NCBI GenBank assembly: GCA_000934665.2
Contig: KZ538508.1
Location: forward strand, 1-64,000
Direction of reading: 5' to 3'
Origin: Catajapyx aquilonaris
Lineage: Eukaryota
DNA length: 64,000 nucleotides
Part shown: positions 1-12,400 of the stretch, piece after piece
Layout of the letters: every line of letters starts with the position of its first letter
How positions within the stretch are numbered: the stretch's first letter is position 1
Made by a program: the position numbers and the translations under genes
Notes under the pieces: generated by a model
Told to the model about the DNA's origin: nothing
Database searches by the model: none
What the model saw: only the letters and a program-made list of their open reading frames with translations

Positions 1-407
1 GGAGCTCATACGGCAAAAATATTCAAATTCGCGTGTGTTCTTGCCGTGAAGTGCCATGGCAAAACCATCAAAGATGGCGGACCTTTACACCCTGCCTGTA
101 CCTATTTATCCCTCGTTGGTTATGGCCAGCGAGTCGCGACAGGATGCAAGTGTTGTGGCTTCCGAACATCGCCGTTTGGCTGTATTTTCACCCTGCTAAC
201 GTGGAAATTAGCAGCGGAGGTGATGTTTTCTCAACACTACAGGCCAAGGAGAATAAGAAAATCCAAAAATTTTCAAAATTCAGGAGGGTAAGAAAAGTCA
301 CCTTGGTTGTGAGTAGTGGTAAATAAAACCACTGCAATACTCATTGCCACTCGGGACCTTGAGAATTATAGCAGCTAAACGTACTATATTTTTCTTTCTC
401 CTTGCAG

Positions 408-3400
408 ATAATTCAGATCTCAACCTAGTCATCGATAAAGAAAATTTCACTTCTGCTACTCCTCTGCATGACCAAGGCTTCGGATTGGTGTGGGCTGGGG
501 CTAGAGCTACATATGGCTTCCAGAAAGGATGTGTGTTTTTTGAAGCACGGGTGAGTTCCTGCCAGAGCTTGTTTATTTGGTTTAGTGATTGTTGAAAAAT
601 CTCAATTTTATGGTTTTTAGGTCACGGAACACTGTGATGTAAGCCATTTGCAGGATGAGCCTAGTCCTCATGTTCTACGTGTTGGATGGTCCAGTGAAGA
701 GACCAGCATGCAGCTTGGTGAGGATTTGCATGCTTTAACCCTCTCGTGGCCGTGTCTGTGCTCCACAAACAAACACTTAGAGAATTCTTTGCAAAAAATC
801 TATAAATCGTAAATGAATGCGGTTTTCAGCATATTCACAAGCAAAACACGCAGAATTCACCACAAAAATTACATGCTCAAGTGCTCTGTCGGACTTTTTC
901 ATATGACGTCATCATCCAGCAACCCTGTTGGGAAAAGTTCTAGGTTAGGTCAGCAGTGCAAGGTGGAGGGAGGTTACAAGTGGGGGAAGGGGAGCTGTTT
1001 GAATATATGGCATGGCAATGAGAAATCAAGTGTGAGACCTGTCTGTACCAGCTTTTCTCATGGTTATCCTGTTTCAGCTCAACTTTCAAAATCTATCAGC
1101 AGTTTAGTGTCAATTAAATGAAGCATTGAAAGAGTCATCTAAGAGGCCACATGCCTGTCACGAGTCATCCTGTCATGTTGAGGACAATGCAGATGATAAC
1201 TGATTGAAAGGAGGAATTTTAACTTCATGTTACAGGGAATGAATATTTAATTTTTTGTCCAGGTGCAAAGTTGGCACTCCAGATGAAAATAAGAGCAAAA
1301 ACATTCCCTTCAGTAAAAAAAAGGGTAGTAAGACCTCCGCGTCGGAATGAAAGTACTGAAACAAGGCATGCACACGTAAGACCGTCACCAATTGATTTAA
1401 GCTGTACCGTAGGTCTTACTCAAGAAATTCTGAAATTAATTCTCATTAAGTATTCTTTCTGGAAACAGTTCATTGAGCCACTCCATATAAGTGTTTTCTA
1501 AAATTAGGAACCTCAATATTGAGTACCACCACCTCATTATCCGCTGGCACCCCAATATTTAGGCAAAGCCGTGATGTATATGAATATTGAGTACCAGTAG
1601 GCTACATTGAATTTCTAAATGATTGGTAAAAATTTATGGCCATGAAACATTTATACACGATATATTGTCGCCTCTTTTAGTTACTGATTTTAACTGGAAA
1701 TGTTTAATTTTTTCGCATGTAGGCGTTAATGTGTGAATTTTCGAAGGTATTTTTTGATATTCTGCTGAATTCTGGATTTTCAAGAGCGGAAATTTCAGAG
1801 TTTGGGAGGGTGGGTTGATGTTTATTTTTAATTTTTTAATTTTTTGGGGACTGGGAGTTATTTCGAGTCAACACAGGGCTCTATATTAAATAAACGAATA
1901 GTAAATACACTTTTTTTTTTCACACAATTAAGAACAAACAGTGTACCTTCAGCAATGATGCAACATGTTTCAGACTAGAGTCTCTGAAAAATCAGTGACT
2001 GAGTTCTTGCATCTCTGAGCTGGCTATTGTTTTCCTACTGATGATGATAATGTTGGTGAGGCATGTAAAATCTAAATCAGTGTCTTTCACCTCCCAACCC
2101 AAGGTGAGGAGGAATTCTCATATGGCTATGGCGGGACAGGGAAAGCTTCGACCAACTGCAAGTTCAAGGATTACGGTAAACAGTTCCAAGCTGGGGACTC
2201 GATCAGTGCATTACTGGTAAGCATTTTGCTTTCTTCTGTGTGTAGAAGTTTAGGGTGGCATGCACACAAATGTCAAGGGCCACATTTCTGCAGTTATGCA
2301 AGCATAAGTGGCATTTAAGTATGATATTGACTCTATATTAAAATGTCACTCTTCTATTAAAATCATGAGAAAACCCAGTTATGTATTAACCCTTTGTCTC
2401 CTGCGACCCGATTTGATTGTATTGAAATACAACCAAACAAAATCATTTTTAAAAATTCACCGGTATAACCCTGACGGAAATTTCTTTCACCGTAGCGTTA
2501 AGAAATGTTCATGGATTCTATGTTCATGAGTATTTTCGCCACTTGCATGATATTTTTAATGGCATTCGTCAGGGGTATTCAACTAGTTTATGACAAGGTC
2601 CAGTATTTACCTTTCCTGGGCCATTGAAGGTCCGGACACNNNNCCCCCCCCTCCCCCCGGGTAAAGATATGGATTTTATATTTTTATATGGTACCACAGG
2701 GCTAATTTTTGAAAATAGAAACATGTGCAGCAAGGGTAGATGGGTCTATCAAGACAGGACATATTAAGACATTTTCGCCCTTTATGATGTCCTGTACAGG
2801 CGTGTAGGCAGAAAATTTCGGAGGGGGCCTCATTTCATAAGCACAAGGGGAACAAGCCGTAAAGGGCAGGGAGCAAGCCCACCGCAGGCGAATTTTTTTG
2901 GGGGGGGTAGAAGGTCACACGAGCTTAGGTGAAAGTGGGAGATTTGAATGGGTGTGTATTTGATAAAATTGGTAGCACTTTTTCCAAAAAAAAAACATGA
3001 ATTAGTAATTTCTAATGCTATTTCAAACAGTCATGTATATTGTCGCGGTCCGGACAAAATTACGTCGCGGTCCGGATCCGGACCGCGGGCCGCCAGTTGA
3101 ATATCCCTGGCATACGTCATAGGCCAAAGTCTCCTTCATAGTAAACAAACACTTACTGCACGAATTTAAATACATGCAGCTCCCTGCCGCATATTTCCCG
3201 GTGTGTGCACGTCCAGCTGAAAGCCATTTAAAAAAATCCTGAAACTCTGTGACTTACTTTTGCGAAAAATTCAGAACGATCTGTGAAGGGTAGGCAATCT
3301 CCCCCGGCCCCAATTTGGTTGTCAAAAGCCTCGCACCTAAATGGTCGGGCGGACTGCTCTGAGCGCTGGGCATTGCCCGCTTGCAACCTGAGCCGCCTTT

Positions 3401-6400
3401 TTTGCACCTGGTGACTCACATTACCTCCGTTTAAACCAGACCTTCAAAATTTTTTAAACGGGCACTTAATGTTTTCATAATTCATCAGAGAGACTGGGCA
3501 ACCATATAGCCTTATCTTGGATTTTTTAGACGGGTAGAAGCCGCCTTTAAAAAACCACGTAGATGACTTAATAGGATGAGGCACCGTCTTGTGCATAGTT
3601 TATGAGATGGTTGCTTCCCTCTGTTGATATGCAGTGTAGGTTGGTATGTCTCGCAATGTTCAGTCTCTTCTTGTGCATGAATCGAGAGCGAAACCAATGG
3701 TGCCAGATCCAGTGATTTTCACCGAGGGCACTCTTTTTAAACCCCAACCCAACCAGTGCAAATTCGCGTGGGAGACATAGGGTTAAAATTATGTTACAGA
3801 AGTTGATACAGTTGACTCCACCTTTAACATTCTTCAAGGGACCGCGGAAATCAGTCTGATACAACCGAAGTCTGTTAGCCAAGTGACCAGGCCGTATATA
3901 TGGAGGTGGCCCTGACCAAGGGGTTAATCACTTGTCCATTTCGTGTGCAAAGAATACGGAATACACTGGAATACTGTCTTGTATTCCACCTGGAATACCC
4001 CGGAATACGCAGGAATATTGGTAATCCGATTGAATGACATCATCATCCAAAAGTTTATTTTTTTATTTTTTTATTTTATTTACCCCGTGATACAACTACT
4101 TGGTCGTTATAGGGGGGGTGGCAGACCACCATACAGTTTTCTGATATATTTCCTTCGAACTCCGGTGCAAGGATTGCTAGGAAATAGGGTAAGCGTTGGG
4201 GGTTTGGGGAGGGGATACATGTGCAGGTGCATTGCCCAGCAGTGGGCCAGGTGCAGTCCCCCAGGAGGTCAGGTTGCCAAGATGCCTCCTTAGGCGCGGG
4301 TCACGACCCAATGACGCAAGCGAAAAATTTGCTCCCAGGTGCTGCCTGAGGAAGTTGGTCATTCCCCAGCAGCGCGAGTTTGAAATGCAGTTCGGGGTCG
4401 GATATTTCTGGCTGCTGCCAATGCATATGTTGTCATCAAGGTGTTACTTTCCGGACCTCTCTTTTGCTTGGCCCCTAATTGTTTACCGGTGGCCTACATC
4501 TGTTGCTCCCACATACACCAATTTTGTCGCAATAGTGCTTCAAATTTGAATTAGTCATTGAAACAGAGCCATTAGCAATGTTCTGGCCCTAACACATTTT
4601 AGCTGCTATTCTCTAACACGTCGCGGTTATTCCAAGATGGGGCAGTCCAGCGATTCTGTTCCGTGCCCGAATGTAATGGAAAAGGAGAGTACGCGACCTG
4701 GTATGGAGGTTGCCGAGGGAGATACCACCCCCGAAGTTCCAGATTGCCTCCGACCCAGTCCGCATGGGATCCTCCCTTATCAATTCGAGCCGTGCTGGGG
4801 TGAGGAGGTGGACCCTACCTGTACACTGCCCAGAATGACGGCTTTTTGCCCTATGTCCTGAGTTCCATGGCCGTCACGTCGGGGGGAGGAGGAAGCCTGC
4901 CTCGATATGCCGGACTGGAAGGCCAGAAATGAAAACCCCCCTGCCGAAGTGCTAAACATAAACATGTGTCGCCTTCCAGTCGTTCCCTCCGGGTGTGTAG
5001 TCATGGGGAGCTGATGCGGGAGCAACAGATGTAGTCCACCCGTAAACAATTAGGGACCAAGCAAAGGCGAGGTCCGGAAAGTAACACCTCGGTGACAACA
5101 TGTGCACTGGCAGCAGCCAGAAATATCCGACCGAACTGCATTCCAAACTCGCGCTGCTGGGGACCAACATCCAACTACCTCAGGCAGCCGCCAGGTGGCC
5201 GGTATCCAATGGTGGCCGCAGGGGAGGAGGGCGGCTCCACGCTCGATCAGAAGTCGAATTTATTCAGACTTTCGTATCTTCCCCTGTCATTACCGTTCGC
5301 CTTAGAGATAAATGGATCACATTCTTGGAATCAGGATTTTTTTTGCCTGAATTTTAGAGACCAACTTGTATTTTGAGTGGAGTGTCCCTTTAAAACTCAG
5401 TGGCCATGGAATGGCATGGGTTAAAAGTGTTGAGGTTCAGTATTGGACATTAATCGAGTCATACTGCTAGCGACATTATTTTCCGAAGCGGCAGAAGAAC
5501 GATCTTGCTTGCACTATCCATATTTTCAATTTGTTCTTCTGTCGCTTCGGAATATGTCGCTAGCAGTATGATTCGATTAATGTCCAACACTATACATTGA
5601 AACCACAGTACATATTCTTGACTAATTGAAGTTCTTTCCTCACAGCAATAATTTTTGCAGTGTCATGTATATGTGATTAACTTCTGGTGGAAACAAAAGT
5701 GTTATCAGTTTCATGGAAGGATAATCAATATCATTCTCACTTGACCACCAGAACCTGGATGCTGATCCAATAACAATGGAGTTTACTTGTAATGGAGAGT
5801 CCCAAGGGGTGGCATTTGAGGTGTCACGGGAAGAACTTGGCAACAGACCCCTGTTTCCTCACATCCTCAGCAAGAATAGCAAGTTTGATGTTAATTTTGG
5901 ACAAGATGAGCCGTGGTTCCCCGCACCTGTTGGATATGAGCCTGCTGGGAAGGTTCCTGTAGAGAATCGGGTTCGAGGGATGACAAGACCTGAGAAGCGA
6001 TCAGATTGTGAGGTAAAGATCTTAGTGTTGGTTCTAAAATCATTAATTTGTGTGAGTGGATTGTTTAAAAAAAATTTTTTTAGATGCTGATGATGTGTGG
6101 GTTGCCTGGAAGCGGCAAGACAACCTGGGCTAATGAATGCTGCAGGAAAACCCCAAATAAGAAGTACAATGTGCTTGGGACCAACAATTTGATTGATAAG
6201 ATGAAGGTAAGGATTTTAAAAATTGCATAATCAGTTGCTTGAAGTTTTATAAAGGGACAACAGAGGCTGTGTAAGTTGGTCTCTAAAAATTGGGTAAGAA
6301 TATGTTGATTTCGCGGATGTAATGGGTTTTTCCGAGAGCCAGTGGAGCTGGAAGTCAGTTGAATGGCAGGTAACATAACTAATACCCCATTGGTCCTCTA

Positions 6401-9400
6401 TGTCAAGGCTGAAAAACTCCTTTAGTTCTTCATGTTCTCACTAGAAATTAATTTCCAGCTGTCACACACATACAATTTTCTTACCATGGGAGTTGAAGGG
6501 TTAAGACAATATGACTGACAATAATAGCAAACCAGAGATGATCAGACTGTGATGAATGATTTGCAGCGCCAGTTACTGAAACAGAAATTGTCGACTCTGC
6601 ATTAACTGATGTTTGATCTGCACAAACATGTTGCTGCACCGACCCATTCTGGATTTGTAGCTAAAGGAATTAACTCTTGGTCGTAGGTAATGGGGTTGGT
6701 GCGCAAGAGGAACTATGCTGGACGATGGGATGTGCTGATTGATAAGTGCACTAAGTGCTTGAACCGTCTTCTGGACATGGCTGCTAAGAGGAGAAGGAAC
6801 TACATTCTAGATCAGGTAAGAATCCACTGCAGTGGTCTGTTTAGGTCATTTGTCACTGTTACATTGCATTGGTAGGATACGGGAAAGTGCATATTAAGCC
6901 CCAATGAGTGATCCCAGTTGCTTGTTATCTATAGTGATTAGGTGTAGGTCTACATTCCATTTTTGTAGGGTTTTTTTATCATTGTAAATAATAATTAGGA
7001 TAAGATATTGCAGTGATTCTTGGAAACATTTTGCAGACCATACTTCTAATGAATTTCAGAAAATTACCTTCTAAGAATTCATTTGGTCTGTAATTCTTGA
7101 GAATGTTATTGAAACTATCAAGGTTACACGTGTTACTTTGTGGCACTAGGTAAATTAGCATATTATTTCATAATGAGTGCAAGTGCTAAGATATGCAGAT
7201 GCAATTACTGCTGTATTACATAGTTGATAAAGCGTTTAGCATCAACTGCTTTGTACTGATAGTTGAAACCAGTTGTGTGAAATGCACTTCTCGCTGGTCA
7301 TTAATTTCATTTCATCAGGGAGTAGATTGGGGACCTTGCTACCACACAATTTAGTATCTTGAGGTATTTTATTTCTGCCTCACCATTACATGGAAGTAGG
7401 GCAACTATCATTTTTCCATGCCCAGAGGCAACGTGCTTAAGGCCGCTATCGACATAAAAGTTTCTCGGACAAGAGTCCTCGTGAGGGAGGCATCTTGTCT
7501 GTCGAGACGGACTCTATGTCGCCTCAGGGCCCCTCTGGTCCCTTGGAAAGTTAAAAATTTTCTACTTTTTCTCGTTCCTCGGATCTGGGCATCAGTTGGC
7601 TCTTCGTGCATGAGAAATCTTATATATGGCCATTCACACACGGCACGAAAATCCTGATCTTCCCCGAGAAGATTATCGATGATTATCGTGTTCAGACGTG
7701 CCATTCCCTTTGCCGATCACTACTACGAAGGTGGAACCAAGTCTGGAAACCAACTTGTACAAGCTGGTTACCAGGAAACTGATCACAATCCTGATGTCAC
7801 TCCCCCTCCAGACCAGTTCCTAGCCAAGCAACATGGTGGCTCTTTACTTGGCCCCTTCTGCCGCCTCGCTCTGAGGGCAGCCAAGACCTGTGCAGTAATG
7901 TAGATAACATGCCTCCATGCTATTTGAGCCAGGCCTATCGTATGGTCACCCATCCTTTTTGCCGCTAGCCGAATCGAGAGTAATTTTTTTGCCAAGTAGG
8001 AGGGGGTGCTTGCAGCGCCATCTACCGAAATTCACGAAAAGTACGTGACTCGTGTGAATGGTCTTCCCACGATCATGATGATACCATCCAGAAATCATGA
8101 TCTTCTCGGGGAAGATCATGATGTTAGTGGTGTGTGTGAATGTCCCTTATGTGGATAACGGCATGTAGGTAAATGCCAACTTCAGGCGAAGGGGATGTGT
8201 TTCAGAATGCACCCAGTAGGATGACAGTGATTGATTCAGGAATTTGATTCAGGCCTAAGTGGTATCAAAATATGTTTGCTGCAGGCCAGTTACACCAGGT
8301 CAGATACATTAAGAAGATCAGATCCTTGATTGCCAAAATTTTTATTTGACAGTTTGGTGCAACCTGGTCATACCAGTTTTTCTATGAGAGATCAGGTTCA
8401 TGAAGAATCCTAGGTTCTGAAGATATCTGACCTGGTGCAACTAGGCCAAAGCCTTTTTTTGCATGTCGATCCCTTCAAACTCTATACTCGAGTCTTGTCC
8501 CACTAGTCTATTGGACTAGATGCCATTTTTTCTTCACCCTGCAATACAGTTGTTTGAAAAGAATGATTAGTCAATATTAGTGTGGCCACAAAGCCAAGGT
8601 ACTGTGATTAATAAGCCATCTGGTGTGAGAGGTGGGCATGGAGTTGGAGAGATAATGGGAGTTTTGCAGGGCCTATTAATCATAAGTCAGAAGTTAGGTA
8701 AAGGATCCTACAATGTACGCGGCCTTAGAGTAGTGCTGATTTTGACAGTTTGAAGTTCACAATTAACTGACCTAAAGAAATGGATATAAAATTAAGAGAC
8801 ACGTAATTATAGGTAAATGTAAGATGAAAGTGTTGTACCGTATAGTGTTATAAGGCTTGGAAGAAGTTGCCAGTGACCAGAAAATGTGATACAGCTATAA
8901 ATATTATTCTCAACTGAATCAAGCACTGAAACCTTTTACTCTGCCTTGATATTTCCAGGAAATCATAATCTTAGAATACTAAGGTCTGGTCACGCCCTCT
9001 TATCGCCAGCCGGGGCGTTTTGCATGAGCTGCTCACCTGAGAGCGCCATGAGATCTTTCACGGAACAATTATGTGGCGACCCTACAGGACTACCCTGAAA
9101 TTTATAGGTACAAAAGGGAAGCATTACATGCGGCCCCAACATGGTCGCCGGTGGCCATGTTGGGTCCCCCAATGTAGCGCTTCCCTTTTGTACCTATAAA
9201 GTTCAGGGTAGTCCTGTAGGGTCGCCACATAATTGTTCCGTGAAAGGTCTCATGGCGCTCTCAGGTGAGCACCTCATGCAAAACGCCCCCGCAGGTGATA
9301 AGATATGATTATAGGGGTAGTGTCCAGGGGCTGCAGGAAATTCACTTGCTGCGCAAGCCAGCTTTCCAAAAAAAACCTATCTCATTTGACTAGGAATGTT

Positions 9401-12400
9401 GGTATGTGAAAGGGGGAGGGAGAGAGAGAGAGAGAGAGAGAGAAACGGGCCTTGATGATGAAATTATGTGGTTTTTAAAGGAGCCCAAGATGCTGTTACC
9501 AAATGTTGTACATTTGAATGGGAGTATGTGTATGCTTGACGACCTGCTGCCATGCAGAGTAGCTGGTGCATCTGGCCAAGCCAATTAGAACACCAGCTGA
9601 TGGGGTGCTGATTTATGTTTACTTTTCTTCTTATTTGTCCCTCACTGCCTTGTGATTTACTCATGTCATGTGTATGCCAATTTTTCCCACGGTTACTCTT
9701 ATTTTTCTTGGTTGGGAATAAGTGTAGACATACAAAACTCTACAATCACCTGGGAAAAGATGGGACAGCTTTAGTAAGGGACTAATATATAATTGGAAAA
9801 GCTATTCTTTGCCCCCTGCTGCTGTCACTGATCTTATTGGCTTGACTAAGGGCCGGTTGCCCTGGCACTGTGGAAGAGCCGGGGAAGGGGAACTGGTTTG
9901 CCGGAGGGGGAGTAGGAAAGGGACATTTTCCAGAGTCGAACGTTGCACCTCGCCAACCAGCTGGCAAATAAGTGGACGGGTAAGGAGGAACCAGGGGGGC
10001 AGTGCAGGGAGCCTACCAGTGCAAGAGACGAGGGCCCGGATTGGCCAGGAGTTGATTGCATCATAAAAGTGATGTAGGCTCAACATGGCGCTGCCCATGG
10101 TGATCTGATGAGTTGCTTTAGAGGTGGTACTCTATTGTTGTACAGACATATGCAACCAACTCGTGGCCAGTTATGGACGTTGATTCAATGATTTAAAAAT
10201 AAAAAAGGGAGCATCAGGGATACCGGATAGGGTACCCTATCCAGTATCACTGATGCTCCCATTTATGGGGTATACTGATGTTTACGCAGGAAATGGGAGG
10301 GGACGGACATACGTTCTGATAGAGAATATAGAGATAGAACAGAGATAGATGAAATAGAAGTAGGTAGAAGAGAGATAGACAGAGTAGATAGAGATTTGGC
10401 TGAATATACAGTATTAGGGCCCTATCTCGGGAACGGTAAATCGCCATTTGTGTAATCATAATTAAGTTAATTGCAAGCCTCAGTTATCTCGACCGTTTTT
10501 TCATCCGAATTACTTCGCGAATGTATCGACGGCATTACAGAAATGTGCGTGATAAAATTGCATAAAATTGTATAATTTTTACAAGTATTGCTTTGGCAAG
10601 TTTTAATAGACAAGTACCTGGCCCACTTTCTGGCGGGAATACACGGTGATACTTTTAAATACGTTTAAAAATTTTAGTGTAGTAGAGGATGGTGTAATTT
10701 TATCACGCACATTTCTGGCTTGCCATCGATACATTCGTGAAGTAATTCGGATGAGAAACAGCTGAGATAACTGAGGTGTGCAATTAACCTAATTGTGATC
10801 ACACAAATGGTGATATCTAAGTTTCAAATATATCAATATATAGACCAAGATTTGCACTATCCAGGGTTCACAGGGAATTTTTTGGCCGCCAATAAGTGTC
10901 ATAAAAAATCATTTTGCTGCGTAACGTCAACAACTACTGTAGTAAAAAAATGACACCTTTCCATATTCTTCTTGGGATAAAAAAATTACACAATGAAGCT
11001 AGGTAAACAACTCGCATGCATGTAACGTGGATTTAAACTAGCTTTCTAACGATGTAGGTTATAATGTTACTTTTTGGACCATTTTCCTGGGAGTTATTTT
11101 GAGTCAAACACAGAGGCCAATATTTAAAAAATGGATAGTAGGCGTAAATCAGACGTTATTTGAAATTTCTGCCATATTGCATTCGCCATTTTGATTTACA
11201 TTTTTATAGGCCTATCAAATTTGTACTGAGCAACTCGCCGCCCCATTGTTTCCGCCATATTTAAATAAGTAGAATTTATTACTTTTGACATCAGATTCAG
11301 ACTCAGCGACTTCGAAAACCCCCCAAAATGATATTTGTCAATGTTTTTCCCGAATACAGATCACTATTGGCTGGCTCCCAGCAATCTTATTACCGGGTGG
11401 GGAAGTGTCTTTCCGGGTCTCCTGAGGTGGGGTAAAGTTACCCACTTGGTAAAGCTCGCGGGAAGAGAAAACGGGAGGTGGCGCATCACTTTTCGCACTT
11501 ACCGGGGAGTTTACCGTCACTTACCGGCCCGGGAAAACTTCCCCCACGCCGGTGCAACCAGCCCTAATGGAACTGGCTAGCCTGTACAGCCAGTAAACTG
11601 TTTACACATCATCTCCCACTCAAGTATTCAGCGACCCATTCACATGTAGTGTTACAGACCGTTTTCTGTTGTACCAAAAATTTACCATTGAATGATACTG
11701 ATTTTAAGAAAATTGGGCTCGGGCAGCAGACACTGTTCTGTAGGTGTAATGCAAATATTTTTCTGGCATTATTATTGATAATTGTATTAATAGTAGTAGT
11801 AATACACTGAAACGTGTATGTCGAGGACTACCTTTCTTTGAAAATCATATGGATGATATGGTAATTGTGTTCTCTTGGAAAGCCTGTCATTTAACCTTTT
11901 GGCAGGCAGAGAAGTGTACAGCGAAATTGTTTGCTGTAACATGCAGCAAACGAAACAAGTTGGGACGAACACTGGTCTAGTGTGTACAGTTAATGAATGT
12001 CTACCTTGTGGCATATGACATTAACTTGACTTAGCAAAGTATGGGGTTTATGAACACTTATTTAGAAAGGACAACCAATTACAAGCTTGTGTGTTGATCA
12101 GTTGCCTCAGTAAATATTTGCATATTACAGTTACCCTTATTGCCACCCTGACATCATTAGCATTACTATGTTACTGAAACTATTTTATAGGTGCCAGCAA
12201 ATATGAATGTTTAGTGTTAATGGTAAGATTGAGTTTATGAATACAGAATCGTGTCTAATTAGTATTATGTGTTAGCCTGTGTGCACTAAGCATGCTGTCT
12301 CACATGCCTACAGTTATGATGTTTAGTTGTAAGATATGTAAGTTGGTGTGGTGACTGGGATCCTCATTGTGAAAAATAATAGCTGTTACATATGAATTAC

